A stretch of 64,000 nt of DNA from Nitrososphaeria archaeon (GTDB lineage: Archaea > Thermoproteota > Nitrososphaeria > Nitrososphaerales > JAAOZN01): the NCBI GenBank assembly GCA_029775855.1, contig JARVJZ010000001.1:160001-224000 (forward strand). The letters are read 5' to 3'. The notes under the pieces are model-generated. The model was not told the DNA's origin. It worked only from the letters and a program-made list of their open reading frames with translations, and searched no databases. The position numbers were made by a program, and so were the translations under genes. Every line of letters begins with the position of its first letter. The stretch's first letter is position 1. Below, piece by piece: positions 46,203 through 56,274 of this stretch.

Positions 46203-48278
46203 TTACTCTCTTTTTAAGGTTAATGAGTTAGCAACCACACTAACCGAGCTCATAGCCATCGCTACCGCTGCAAAGATTGGGTTAAGTAGGCCGGAAGCTG
46301 CGATTGGTATAAATGCTGTGTTGTAGGCGAAGGCCCAAAATAGGTTCTGCCTTATCTTCTTCATAGTCTTTCTACTGAGTTTTATCGCTTCAGCTACATC
46401 TCTCGGGTCGTCTTTTATCAGCACTACCCCTCCAGCTTCTACAGCTACATCTGTGCCGCTTCCTATCGCTATACCCACATCTGCCTGAGCTAAAGCAGGT
46501 GCATCATTAACACCATCGCCAACCATAGCTACACATTTACCTTCTTCCTGCATCTTCTTGATGACAGACGCCTTATCAGCTGGTAAAACCTCAGCCAAAA
46601 CCTCTTCTACACCAATTTCCCTCGCCACTGCTTCCGCAGTCACCTTATGGTCACCAGTTAGTATAATCACCTTTAATCCTAGCCTCTTTAACTCCTCTAC
46701 TGCACTCTTTGCACCCTCCTTTAACACATCTGCAACAGCTATTATCCCAATTAATCTACCGGATAAAGCAGCATACAATACCGTCTTACCCTCATTTGTT
46801 AGATGCTCTACAGTTTCTTCAACCCCATTTAGGGGAACGCTGCCCTCAATCATCAACCGACGGTTACCTACAAGTACCTCACCATCGTTAAGTTGAGCCT
46901 TCACACCCAAGCCAGATAGCGCCTCGAATCTTCTTGGCTCTTCTAAGATTATACCCATCTCTTCTGCCTTTTTTATAATCGCTTCAGCTATTGGATGCTC
47001 TGAATTCTTCTCCGCAGCTGCTGCTATACGCAAAACATCCTTCAAATCCATACCATATGCTACAACATCTGTTACTGTGAGTATACCTTTGGTAAGGGTG
47101 CCTGTTTTGTCGAATATTACAGTATCCAGATTATTTGCTCTTTCAAGATACTCACCACCTTTTATAAGTATGCCTTTTTCAGCACCTCGCCCAGTTCCTA
47201 CAACTATCGCCGCTGGTGTAGCTAACCCAAGTGCACAGGGGCAAGCTATTATCAAAACCGCCACAAGAGCTGTGAATGCTTGACTAAAGTTTGATGCAAG
47301 GAGCAGCCAAACAGCAAAGGACGCTACAGCTATTGAGACAACCGTCGGAACAAAATAGCTAGAAACCCTATCTGCCAAACGCTCTATGGGCGCCTTCGCA
47401 GCTGAAGCCTCTTCAACAAGCTTAACTATCTGAGAGAGTGTTGTGTCGGCGCCAACTCGAGTCGCTCTAATCTTAAGTACACCGCTCTTATTGATAGTTG
47501 AACCTATCACCTCATCACCAACCTTCTTCTCAACAGGTATACTCTCACCAGTAATCATCTTCTCATCAACACTTGAGTAGCCTTCCTCAACAACACCGTC
47601 GGTTGGAACACTTTCGCCTGGTTTAACCAGCAGAAGGTCACCAACCTTAATCTCTTCGACTGGAACCACCATTAACTCAGCGCCCTTGATTACAGTAGCA
47701 GTCTTAGGCTGCAGAGCCATTAATTTGCGTATAGCGTCTGACGCTCTTCTTCTCATCTTATGCTCCAAGAGCCTACCAAGAAGTATGAATCCAATTATCA
47801 GAGTTGAGGTTTCGAAGTAGACGCTTCTAGCTTCTAATGGCACAGATTGAGGGAAGAATGTGACAAGTGTGCTATAGCCCCAAGCCGCTGTAGTGCCGAT
47901 TGCGATGAGAGTATCCATGTTTGCTGCTTTAGCTTTTAAAGCATGCAGAAAACCACTGTAGAACCTTCGTCCAGCGATAAGTTGAACTGGTGTAGCAAGT
48001 ACAAAGAGGATAAGGTTTAGATATCTCTCTTCCAAGAATGTTGGTAAGCCCATTAGCCCACCCATGCTGAAGACGAAGATAGGTATACCCAAAGAGAAGC
48101 TGAAGATCGTCATAAGCCTAATGCTTTTGAGCTCTACTTCGGGCTTAAGGAATGTACTTAGGCATCCTTCAGAGCAGAAGTAGTAGGTGCTCCCCCTAAC
48201 CTCAGCCTTAAGAGAATTAGGCCCCTCTTCAACAAACATTCCGCAGACAGGGTCTTTAGCCATTTTATCCTCCTCCAA
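46203..48278 (-). CDS. copA: Cu(I)-translocating P1B-type ATPase with N-terminal YHS domain
   Basis: DPVCGM..YYFCS, TGES, CPC, DKTGT, SEHP, GDGVNDAP, YN, MAMSS. Confidence 0.95.
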   Translation of the reverse strand: MEEDKMAKDPVCGMFVEEGPNSLKAEVRGSTYYFCSEGCLSTFLKPEVELKSIRLMTIFSFSLGIPIFVFSMGGLMGLPTFLEERYLNLILFVLATPVQLIAGRRFYSGFLHALKAKAANMDTLIAIGTTAAWGYSTLVTFFPQSVPLEARSVYFETSTLIIGFILLGRLLEHKMRRRASDAIRKLMALQPKTATVIKGAELMVVPVEEIKVGDLLLVKPGESVPTDGVVEEGYSSVDEKMITGESIPVEKKVGDEVIGSTINKSGVLKIRATRVGADTTLSQIVKLVEEASAAKAPIERLADRVSSYFVPTVVSIAVASFAVWLLLASNFSQAFTALVAVLIIACPCALGLATPAAIVVGTGRGAEKGILIKGGEYLERANNLDTVIFDKTGTLTKGILTVTDVVAYGMDLKDVLRIAAAAEKNSEHPIAEAIIKKAEEMGIILEEPRRFEALSGLGVKAQLNDGEVLVGNRRLMIEGSVPLNGVEETVEHLTNEGKTVLYAALSGRLIGIIAVADVLKEGAKSAVEELKRLGLKVIILTGDHKVTAEAVAREIGVEEVLAEVLPADKASVIKKMQEEGKCVAMVGDGVNDAPALAQADVGIAIGSGTDVAVEAGGVVLIKDDPRDVAEAIKLSRKTMKKIRQNLFWAFAYNTAFIPIAASGLLNPIFAAVAMAMSSVSVVANSLTLKRE

Positions 48279-48290
48279 TTGTTAAGCTCC

Positions 48291-49316
48291 TTAGATCCAG
48301 CTTGGTGCGAGAAGGAAGTCCTCTAACTCTTTTCCCTCGAGCAGATTTAGTAAAGCGTAGGCTTGTGGTGTTGAGAGCACGGGTTTATTGAAGCCTAAAC
48401 CGTCTATGGAGATCCTTGGGCAGGCTGTCTGTATAAATGCATCAAACCATGTGAAGGTGTTCACACGCTCAGGAGTTATCTCCCTCATAGCTATCAATGT
48501 GCTGTATTTACCGTGTTTTGCTAACCCCTCTCTTATACGCTTTACATGGTGTAATCTCATCTGCCCTTCTCTTAACCCAATTATGACGCCGAACCTCTCA
48601 GCCTCACGAGCCTTATAGACTGCGAGTAGACTTCGCCTCCGCGCCTCTTCAGCCAAAGGTGTGGCATCAACAACCTCATTCAAATAGGGGTCTAACATGT
48701 AAGTAGGCTTACCTGTGGAGAGAGCTAGTGCTGTAGCGTGGAATCTACTCTGCCCCAAAAAGACAAATGCTTCTACATCATCTTTCACAGAATAGGCGGG
48801 TTGAAATTCGCATCCAAGTATCTGTCCGTAGCTGAGTTTCTCTCCACCCTCGATTTCAACCTTTAAGCCTAATTCTTCAAAGAGCCTTTTTGCCTCAGGT
48901 AGTTTATGCAGGTGCTGAGTTATTGTGTAGAGACCTACCTTCCTATACTTTCTCAGGTTTTCTGAAGCTTTAGATATTACTTCTCCAAACTCTATATCAT
49001 CTTCTGCCGCTATAAGAATCGTTCTTCGACCTACTCTATTCGTGCGTAAGGTGTGCCCTATATGTATTATCAGATCAGCCTTAACAGCCTCGGATACATA
49101 CTCTTTAAGATCGCATGAGCCATAGCAAGCTTCACCAGAGATAATAGCCTCGATGCCTTTCGCTTCTAGAATATCCACTAAATTTTGAGCCTCTTTAAGT
49201 AAGCCGTCTGGGGCGACGACCAACACAGAGCTAGGTTTATTTCTATCAACCTCTTCGAGAGCTTTAGAATAGTCAACTCTAATCAATGCACAAGATATTA
49301 TATGAGGAGGATACAC
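48291..49316 (-). CDS. dph2: 2-(3-amino-3-carboxypropyl)histidine synthase Dph2
   Basis: CYGSCD, HIGH, GQILGC, FHA, TACPRISID. Confidence 0.93.
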   Translation of the reverse strand: MYPPHIISCALIRVDYSKALEEVDRNKPSSVLVVAPDGLLKEAQNLVDILEAKGIEAIISGEACYGSCDLKEYVSEAVKADLIIHIGHTLRTNRVGRRTILIAAEDDIEFGEVISKASENLRKYRKVGLYTITQHLHKLPEAKRLFEELGLKVEIEGGEKLSYGQILGCEFQPAYSVKDDVEAFVFLGQSRFHATALALSTGKPTYMLDPYLNEVVDATPLAEEARRRSLLAVYKAREAERFGVIIGLREGQMRLHHVKRIREGLAKHGKYSTLIAMREITPERVNTFTWFDAFIQTACPRISIDGLGFNKPVLSTPQAYALLNLLEGKELEDFLLAPSWI

Positions 49317-49838
49317 TTAGGTCTTTGCTCGCTGCGCAGCCTCAGCCTTAAGGGGAATTATGTTCACAGATGTCTTAACTGGTAGTTTGCTGGCCGCACC
49401 TTTAATTGCCTCCTTTGCTGCCTCAAGATCGTTAGCATAAACTGAAACTTCCATAAGCGTGGTTCCGTCGTCTACTCGAGCCGCAAGCCCGATGGGTTTG
49501 CCATAAGCCTTTCTCATACCTTCTTGAAGCCTATCGGCCCCAGCTGTGGCTATCATCTTATTCTCCCTCAGTATCACATGCGGATAGACTTTAACTTGGA
49601 GAAAATATCTATCTTCACCTATCTTACCTAGCTTCTTGTTAGCAGCAACTCTAGCAGCCTCTAAAGCATTATGCCTTATCTGGCATCGAGCTTTAGCTAT
49701 GAGTTGAAGCTTGTAATCATAATTATTACTTGCATTACCTACTGAGAACTTTGCTATCTTTGGGTTAGGTGCGCCCGGCGCATATTCTTTTCTAGCCAAA
49801 GGCATACCGCTTGGGATTCGGTAATTTCTTCCATGCAT
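49317..49838 (-). CDS. rpl10e: 50S ribosomal protein L10e (uL16)
   Basis: QIRHNALEAAR, YPHVILRENK, GADRLQEGMRKAYGKP; ATG 49838 chosen as start. Confidence 0.96.
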   Translation of the reverse strand: MHGRNYRIPSGMPLARKEYAPGAPNPKIAKFSVGNASNNYDYKLQLIAKARCQIRHNALEAARVAANKKLGKIGEDRYFLQVKVYPHVILRENKMIATAGADRLQEGMRKAYGKPIGLAARVDDGTTLMEVSVYANDLEAAKEAIKGAASKLPVKTSVNIIPLKAEAAQRAKT

Positions 49839-49897
49839 ATTCTTTAACCTCTTAAGGCGCCTACGCTCTACCCCATTCAACTAAATAAGTCTGTTGG

Positions 49898-51022
49898 TCA
49901 GTCTCTTAAGATATAGTCTTGAAGATGATCTCGCGCCTTCTCCCGCTTCTTCTGATGTTCAACTAAGAATGATGTAACCTTCCTAGTCAGATTCGCTTTA
50001 CACTCTCCACAAAGTAGGTTACCAGACTTACAGGAGACATAGATCTCACGAAGTTTCGTGTCTTCAGCTTCAAAGAGCATGTGATAGTAGTAGTAGACTG
50101 GGCAGATATCCGGCTGCCCTCCGAGTTTGCGCTGCTCTTCTACAGTAGCCCTTCCACCGGTATAAGCATTCATAATCTTCTTGGCAGCTTCTTCAGGAGG
50201 GTCAACAGTAAATATTGCCGTATCTGGTTCGCTCGCGCTCATCTTCCCACCTTTTCCAAGTCCTGGTAGAAACTTAGAGTGAAGTTGAGCAGGCTTATAG
50301 AAGCCTAGTTTAGGAGCAACTTCTCGTGCAACCCCTCTCCAATAGCTGTCTTGATCTATTGCGGCTGGTATCAAGACTGGTATGTTTTTCCCTTTAAGAA
50401 TAGAGGGTAGGAAGCATGGGACAGCTTGAATGGATGGGAAGAAGATCATCCCTATGTTGGTGCTTTCGGTGAAGCCGAAGACAGCTCTAACTGTAGAGAA
50501 GGTTATGTGCTTAGCAACCTGCACAGCCATTTTATATAGGGTCTTAGCGTAGTGTATGTCCGAAAAGATAAATGTCTTACCCTTCTCGAAGCCGCAAGCT
50601 ATAACATCAAGAGCATTCTCATAAGTGAAGCCTACGCTCTTATCCAATGTTAACTGAGGGTCGTGAAGAAACTTTTCGTCATCTGTCATCTGAAAATACA
50701 GTTCTGCACCAAACTTCTCCTGCAGATGTTGAGTAAGAATCCAAGGAACAAGATGACCTAAATGAGTATGCCCAGATGGGCCTCTACCAGTATATAGAGC
50801 AAATCTCTCTCCAGCCTCATATTTATCAAGTATCCAGTCGAAGTCTCTGTGGCTGAAGAAGACCTTTCTTCTAAACAGTAGGTGTAGGGTCCCTGTGTGC
50901 TTCTCTACTCTTCTAAGTATTGTTTCGTCGAGAGGTTGCGTGCCAAATTCTCTTATGAGTTTATCATAGTCTACCTCGCCTCTTACTTCCCACGGTGTTA
51001 CTATGAAGTCTTTTTCACTCAA
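49898..51022 (-). CDS. trpS: tryptophan--tRNA ligase
   Basis: VTPWEV, YTGRGPS, HLGH, IDQD, KMSAS. Confidence 0.97.
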   Translation of the reverse strand: MSEKDFIVTPWEVRGEVDYDKLIREFGTQPLDETILRRVEKHTGTLHLLFRRKVFFSHRDFDWILDKYEAGERFALYTGRGPSGHTHLGHLVPWILTQHLQEKFGAELYFQMTDDEKFLHDPQLTLDKSVGFTYENALDVIACGFEKGKTFIFSDIHYAKTLYKMAVQVAKHITFSTVRAVFGFTESTNIGMIFFPSIQAVPCFLPSILKGKNIPVLIPAAIDQDSYWRGVAREVAPKLGFYKPAQLHSKFLPGLGKGGKMSASEPDTAIFTVDPPEEAAKKIMNAYTGGRATVEEQRKLGGQPDICPVYYYYHMLFEAEDTKLREIYVSCKSGNLLCGECKANLTRKVTSFLVEHQKKREKARDHLQDYILRD

Positions 51023-51488
51023 CTTTCTTCTTCACACGCCCCTCTGTATCTATACTTCCGCTTCTTATGCGTGATGATGATATAGGTTTACCGTCTTCAG
51101 CAAGCACCATATTAACTTTTATAACCTTTAGTGGCTTTAACCCCATCTCAACCCTTTTCTTATTTGCTAATTCAACTCTGCTTGCGGTTTCAACGCTTGC
51201 GACAAGCGCCTCAACTTCTTCGCGGTATATGCCTGAGCCGAAGTAGTCGTCTAATGGATGGATCTCAAATCTTTCAATAGAATACTGGGATAAGAGGTAT
51301 TCTTTGAGCTTCCTTACTCTATCCTCATATCTGTTGTGTGTGCTCTTACCCAGTTTTAGAACAAAATTATCCGTTGTAACCCCAATTATAACTTTCTCAC
51401 CACATTCGAATGCCTTCGCAAGTAGCTCCCGATGCCCTTTATGAATATAGTCAAATGTGCCTCCAACAGCCACAACCCTAAACTTCAA
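51015..51488 (-). CDS. coaD: phosphopantetheine adenylyltransferase
   Basis: GGTFDYIHKGH, VASVET, PISSSRIR. Confidence 0.92.
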   Translation of the reverse strand: MKFRVVAVGGTFDYIHKGHRELLAKAFECGEKVIIGVTTDNFVLKLGKSTHNRYEDRVRKLKEYLLSQYSIERFEIHPLDDYFGSGIYREEVEALVASVETASRVELANKKRVEMGLKPLKVIKVNMVLAEDGKPISSSRIRSGSIDTEGRVKKKVE

Positions 51489-51525
51489 ACTCTAACCCCT
51501 CTTCCCATTATTTTTTTTAGCCTTC

Positions 51526-52821
51526 TCACTCCTCCACTGGTTTACTTTTAATAGATTTAACTATCAACTCAACAGCCGCCAAAACAAACCCAACAACCGT
51601 GAGCATCAACCCTACTATCATAGCCTTAAAACTTATAGTCGGTATTATCAATAAAGTGCTAATAAGAGCAAGAAGAGGAATAAAAATCTGCGACAGCCTT
51701 CTGTGCCCATTGCTCCGACGCTTTATTAAAATGCCAGCTGGATTTATTATGATTAAACCCAGCAGATAAGCTAAATCTGAAATATACACTATCAACTCTA
51801 TATCAAAGAGAAATACGATTAACAGTGCTAAGGCGAAGGTAAAGAGTAGTGAAAAGTAAGGGGTTCTGAACGACGCATGTATATTCTCAAAGATCTTTGG
51901 AATATGTCTATCTCTGCTCAAAGAGTAAAGCGTTCTTGATGCTGCTATCAAAGATGCGTTAAGCGATGCAAGCGAAGCTATCACAGCAGCGACAGCCATT
52001 AAGAACCCTAAGGTGCTGAATAGCTGGAATGCTGACTTAATAAGGGGCGTTTCTGAAGATATGATCTCACTGTAGTCTAATGTGCCTATCAACACTGCGA
52101 TAATAGATGGAAAGATCAAGAGTGCAATTATTATCGTTAATATTATGGCTTTAGGGACTACTTTGCGCGCCCTCTTAACCTCCTCAGACACATTTGTAAT
52201 CAACTCAAACCCTATGTAAATTGAGAAGACATATCCTAGCGATGAGAAGACGGGGTAAAGCACAAACGGAGTAAGCAACTCATACCTAGATACATCAATC
52301 TTGAAAACACCAAATAATATGAAGAGCAGCAGGATTCCAAAAACAAAACTCGTTAACATGACTTGAAGGCTACCTGCCTTTTTGACACCAACCAAGTTGA
52401 CTACTAAGAACAATGCTAGAATTAGAGCAGCGATTTCAGATGTAGAGATAGGCAGCAGCTGAGAAAGCATAATTGCAGCGGTATATGCGCTTAGAGCAGC
52501 ATACGCAACATTACCTATATGCATAAACCAACCTGACAAGAACGCTGGAACACCTCCAAGCGCATAGCTGACGAACGAATATCCGCCTCCAGCCTTTGCG
52601 ATGCGTGAACTCATGTCAGCATAGTTCAGTGCGATGAAAAGCGAAAACACTCCAGCAAGAATAAAGGTGAAGATCGCAGCCGAGCCCGCCATCTCAACAG
52701 CAAGTCTTGGTACAACAAAGATGGTAGGACCTATCGTAGGACCAAGGCCTATCATCACTGCCTCCAGTAGACTTAGGTTGCGTAATAGCTTGATACTGCC
52801 CAAGTAAGGGGTCTGCGGCAA
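51526..52821 (-). CDS. APC-family amino acid permease
   Basis: IGPTIFVVP, AGGGY, YIGFE, SEEVK, ASRTLYSLSRD; ~12 TM. Confidence 0.92.
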   Translation of the reverse strand: MPQTPYLGSIKLLRNLSLLEAVMIGLGPTIGPTIFVVPRLAVEMAGSAAIFTFILAGVFSLFIALNYADMSSRIAKAGGGYSFVSYALGGVPAFLSGWFMHIGNVAYAALSAYTAAIMLSQLLPISTSEIAALILALFLVVNLVGVKKAGSLQVMLTSFVFGILLLFILFGVFKIDVSRYELLTPFVLYPVFSSLGYVFSIYIGFELITNVSEEVKRARKVVPKAIILTIIIALLIFPSIIAVLIGTLDYSEIISSETPLIKSAFQLFSTLGFLMAVAAVIASLASLNASLIAASRTLYSLSRDRHIPKIFENIHASFRTPYFSLLFTFALALLIVFLFDIELIVYISDLAYLLGLIIINPAGILIKRRSNGHRRLSQIFIPLLALISTLLIIPTISFKAMIVGLMLTVVGFVLAAVELIVKSIKSKPVEE

Positions 52822-52835
52822 AGAGATAGTACTTA

Positions 52836-53783
52836 TTGTTAACGGTAAAGCAGTTAAGTATCTTTGTTAGAAAGGTGTATGCTGTGGTAAAGAAGTCTGC
52901 TGGAAAAGAGGGTGTGGAGTGGAGCTGGGATAATTCCCCTATCTTGCTTCCTCTAGCCTATGAGCCGCGCGAGGAGAATGCGTTGCTCGCTGCGTTTGCG
53001 ATAGCTGAATACTGCGGCTCGAAGGTGATAGTATATCATGTTAAGACTGAAGTTGATACAGAAGCGGCGAAAGACAAGACTCTTAGGAATCTTCGTGAAC
53101 TTGCTAAGGTGTTTAATGTTCCTTATGTGGTAAATGAAAGCGACTATATTGTTGACGCTGATGATGTGTCAAAGATCTCTAAGAGCATAGTTGATGTTGC
53201 CAAAAAAGAGGGTTGCCAAGCCATTATTATGTCTGCGCATAGGGAATCTTTTTTGCGTGAACTCTTGGGGCGAATTTCAGATAGAGTAGCCAGAATGGCT
53301 GACAGAACCGTAGTGTTGGTTGAAAGTGCATTTAAAGGAGCAAGGTTCACAAGGCAGCCTAGAAAGATTATGGTTATAGTTTTGGAGAACAAATTCTACA
53401 AAGATTCTTTGACGCTTGCTGCGATATTCACAAGCTCGCTCTCAACACCGAATTGTGAACTCCTTGCTGTAAATGTGTTGAAGATACCTGAGGCTACTCC
53501 GATTGATGCCACAGAAACTTCAAAGGTCTTTAGAAAAATGGAAAGAGAATTTGCGCAGAAGATAGCCCTAGCTATAACATCGCTAGGTAGGCTCTTTACT
53601 CCACGCATTCTACCTGTAAGAGATATAGGACGAGATTTGGCTGAGTTCGCTGCTGAAGAAGGTGTGGAGTTGATTATAATAGGTTGTGACAAGCCTGGTA
53701 GACTTGGTCCGGTGCTTACAAAGGATGAATATGCAATCGTTAAGAAGGCGGGTTGTGTAGTTTTAGTTGTTATTCCACCTTAA
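52836..53783 (+). CDS. tandem universal stress protein (two USP domains)
   Basis: ILLPL, IIMSAH..LLGRISDRVAR, LIIIGC..IVKKAGCVVLVV; true start likely slightly downstream. Confidence 0.8.
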   Translation: MLTVKQLSIFVRKVYAVVKKSAGKEGVEWSWDNSPILLPLAYEPREENALLAAFAIAEYCGSKVIVYHVKTEVDTEAAKDKTLRNLRELAKVFNVPYVVNESDYIVDADDVSKISKSIVDVAKKEGCQAIIMSAHRESFLRELLGRISDRVARMADRTVVLVESAFKGARFTRQPRKIMVIVLENKFYKDSLTLAAIFTSSLSTPNCELLAVNVLKIPEATPIDATETSKVFRKMEREFAQKIALAITSLGRLFTPRILPVRDIGRDLAEFAAEEGVELIIIGCDKPGRLGPVLTKDEYAIVKKAGCVVLVVIPP

Positions 53784-53818
53784 CATTTAACTTTAGGCCT
53801 AATTATTGGTTGGTTAAG

Positions 53819-54712
53819 TTGTCTATAGCTGAAGAATATTTTAAGGCTGGAAAAATCGCTTCAGAAGTTAAAGAAAAGATTAAGGGAAGCATTAGCGTCG
53901 GCTCAAGGCTTGTTGATATAGCTGAGATGGTGGAACAATCTATCATAGGTAGAGGTGCTCACCCAGCCTTTCCTTGCAACATCTGCCTAAACAGCGTAGC
54001 AGCACATTACACACCGAGACCAGAAGATGATCTGAAGATAAGGGAGGGCGATGTTGTTAAAATAGACTTTGGCGTGCATATAGACGGCTACGTAGTCGAC
54101 ACAGCAATCACTCTATCGTTCAACGTTGGATATGACGCTATGGTTAGAGCGGTTGAGGTTATGCTCCAAGAAGCATTAAAAGTAGTTAAAGTTGGTGTCA
54201 AAGCTGGTGAAGTAGGTAGAGCTATCCAAGCGGCAGCACAACGCTTAGGCTTCAAACCCATAGTAAACCTCTCAGGCCACGCAATCGCACCTTACACGGT
54301 TCACGCTGGATTATCTATACCCAACACCTATACTGCTGGCACACCAAGTCTCAAGCTAGGTCAAGTTTATGCCATCGAACCATTCGCTACAACCCAGAAA
54401 GGTGCAGGCGTTGTAGTCAACGGCCCCTTAATAAACATCTTTAGTCTAGTCGCTCGAAAACCATTAGGCGACCCTTCTTTAGACGCTTTTGTTGAAGAAC
54501 TCTGGGCTAGGTTTCGAACACTACCTTTCACTTATAGGCAGATTAGAGATCTTGGGGATGCTGCTTGGTTGGAGCGTATTGTTAAAACCTTGATGCAGAA
54601 GCGTGTTTTAAGAGGTTATCCGATGCTTGTTGAAGCTCGAAACGAGATTGTGGCTCAAGCTGAACACACCGTTACGCCGGTTGAGAATGGAGTGGTAATC
54701 CTTACTGAGTAG
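53819..54712 (+). CDS. map: type II methionine aminopeptidase
   Basis: AFPCN, AAHYTP, KIDFGVHIDGYVVDTA, NLSGH, AIEPF, AQAEHT; TTG 53819 chosen as start. Confidence 0.96.
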   Translation: MSIAEEYFKAGKIASEVKEKIKGSISVGSRLVDIAEMVEQSIIGRGAHPAFPCNICLNSVAAHYTPRPEDDLKIREGDVVKIDFGVHIDGYVVDTAITLSFNVGYDAMVRAVEVMLQEALKVVKVGVKAGEVGRAIQAAAQRLGFKPIVNLSGHAIAPYTVHAGLSIPNTYTAGTPSLKLGQVYAIEPFATTQKGAGVVVNGPLINIFSLVARKPLGDPSLDAFVEELWARFRTLPFTYRQIRDLGDAAWLERIVKTLMQKRVLRGYPMLVEARNEIVAQAEHTVTPVENGVVILTE

Positions 54713-54908
54713 GTTTTATAGGCTCGGCGTAGATCATCGTTATCAAGATGTTCCCACTGCACTTTTTGCACTGACCATTCTGTTTGAAGACATAATCTCC
54801 TACTGTAAAGGTTCGTTTATTCTTTTCCCCGCAGCCTAGACATTCCTCTATGGTGTAGACGATCTGTTTCCCTCTTTTTTCACCTATTGACGGTATCATC
54901 GTTGCCAT
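54702..54908 (-). CDS. small Zn-ribbon protein
   Basis: CLGC...RTFTVGDYVF...CKKC; adjacent to DUF1512. Confidence 0.75.
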   Translation of the reverse strand: MATMIPSIGEKRGKQIVYTIEECLGCGEKNKRTFTVGDYVFKQNGQCKKCSGNILITMIYAEPIKPTQ

Positions 54909-54909
54909 T

Positions 54910-56022
54910 TTATTGCGCCACCCCTAAGGTGTTGCCTACACCAACTATCAGCACGTTATCATTGGGTTGTGTCTTTTCCTCTACAAGCCTATATACGATC
55001 TTGGTCACTTTCTCAGCAGCTTCAGCTATCTCCTTTCTCATAACTGATATAGCATCTATAAGAGACTGCTTTATGACTACTGCATAGAGAGGTATGTTCA
55101 TCTTCGTCGCAACCTCCTCTATCTTAAAGCGGTCTACACCTATACCTCCAATAGCAGCACCCACCCCCTCAGCCACCTCACCAGTCTTTTCACCCTCTAG
55201 CTTTAGAGCTGCATCTATCATAATTATACTGTTAATCTTCACACCTAGCTCGCTAATTAATCTCTCAACGGCGGTGCCAGGTTCTCCTACATTACCACCG
55301 GGCCCAACAGCTTTTATCAAATAGAGATTTCTATCCTTATATTCTGACTTTACCATAACAGTATCTTTGGATATATCCATCTTCTCGTGGTTAAGCATCA
55401 TCCTCCCCACAACCATAGGCCCTATGCCGTCGCCAATAGGTTGAGACAGTTTAAATGCTTCTAACGCGTTCACTAAAGCGTCCGCCTCTTGCAGTATCAT
55501 AGGCATAATCATTTGAAGCTGCACAAGTATGTAGATGTTTGAGGTTCTCTTGCCCAGCAGGTAGAAGTGTCTAACGAGTTTGTAGATGTAGTTGATAGAT
55601 GATGCAGCTTCAAGTATGTTTTCAGCAGTGCTCACCTTAACTAAATCCGTCTCAGGCGCTAACCTTCTAATCTCAGAGCGTATCCTATCATTCCTAACAG
55701 TCACAACATGCTCAATCTTCCTAACTATACCAGAAGGATCCAAATCCACAGGCATAATTGTGAAGTATTCAAGCAGCTGATCTACTTGCTCCTGTGGATC
55801 AGATTTGGGCTTAAGATGATTAACTAAATAGTCTATAACCTCCTTTCTAGACTTCTCACGCATAATCTTAAGCTTACCAAGCGCCCTAGAAACCTCACCA
55901 AGTATCATAAACGCTTGAATCCTCTGACCGTAAAAAAGAAAGAGCAAGAAAGGTAAATAAAAGAGCAAGAGATACAGTGTATTATCACCAAACTGCCCAG
56001 GACCCAACTGCAAAGGAAGCAA
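54910..56022 (-). CDS. DUF1512 family membrane-anchored protein
   Basis: N-terminal TM, PVDLDPSGI, PIGDGIGP, IMIDAALKLEGE, IGGIGVD, VGVGNTLG. Confidence 0.85.
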   Translation of the reverse strand: MLPLQLGPGQFGDNTLYLLLFYLPFLLFLFYGQRIQAFMILGEVSRALGKLKIMREKSRKEVIDYLVNHLKPKSDPQEQVDQLLEYFTIMPVDLDPSGIVRKIEHVVTVRNDRIRSEIRRLAPETDLVKVSTAENILEAASSINYIYKLVRHFYLLGKRTSNIYILVQLQMIMPMILQEADALVNALEAFKLSQPIGDGIGPMVVGRMMLNHEKMDISKDTVMVKSEYKDRNLYLIKAVGPGGNVGEPGTAVERLISELGVKINSIIMIDAALKLEGEKTGEVAEGVGAAIGGIGVDRFKIEEVATKMNIPLYAVVIKQSLIDAISVMRKEIAEAAEKVTKIVYRLVEEKTQPNDNVLIVGVGNTLGVAQ

Positions 56023-56093
56023 TCTAACTACCCTTACTCTAAGTTAGCTGTGAAGACACTACTCTTTAAGCATTTTCCTTAGCAACATGTAAA

Positions 56094-56213
56094 GGCGCCG
56101 GCACCGCCGATTCGCGAAGCCTTGCGGACTTCACTAAAGCGGCGGCGACACACGGTTTGACTTCTGGGTTCGGAATGAGACCAGGTCGGACCCGTGTGCT
56201 ATGGCCGGCTGGC
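56094..56213 (-). rRNA. rrf: 5S rRNA (stand-alone)
   Basis: Reverse strand GCCAGCCGGCCATAGC..CTCATTCCGAACCCAGAAGTCAA..GTGCCGGCGCC, ~120 nt with paired ends. Confidence 0.92.
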
Positions 56214-56274
56214 TTATGCTTGTTAATTGGTGGTAGATTAATTTATCGATGATGTTAGGGGGAAAGGCTAATTT

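Noticed and set aside
46034-48278. YHS chaperone + YHS-CopA as a novel system
   Set aside because: Matches the known archaeal copper-resistance arrangement; only notable because the 47-aa gene was missing from the ORF track
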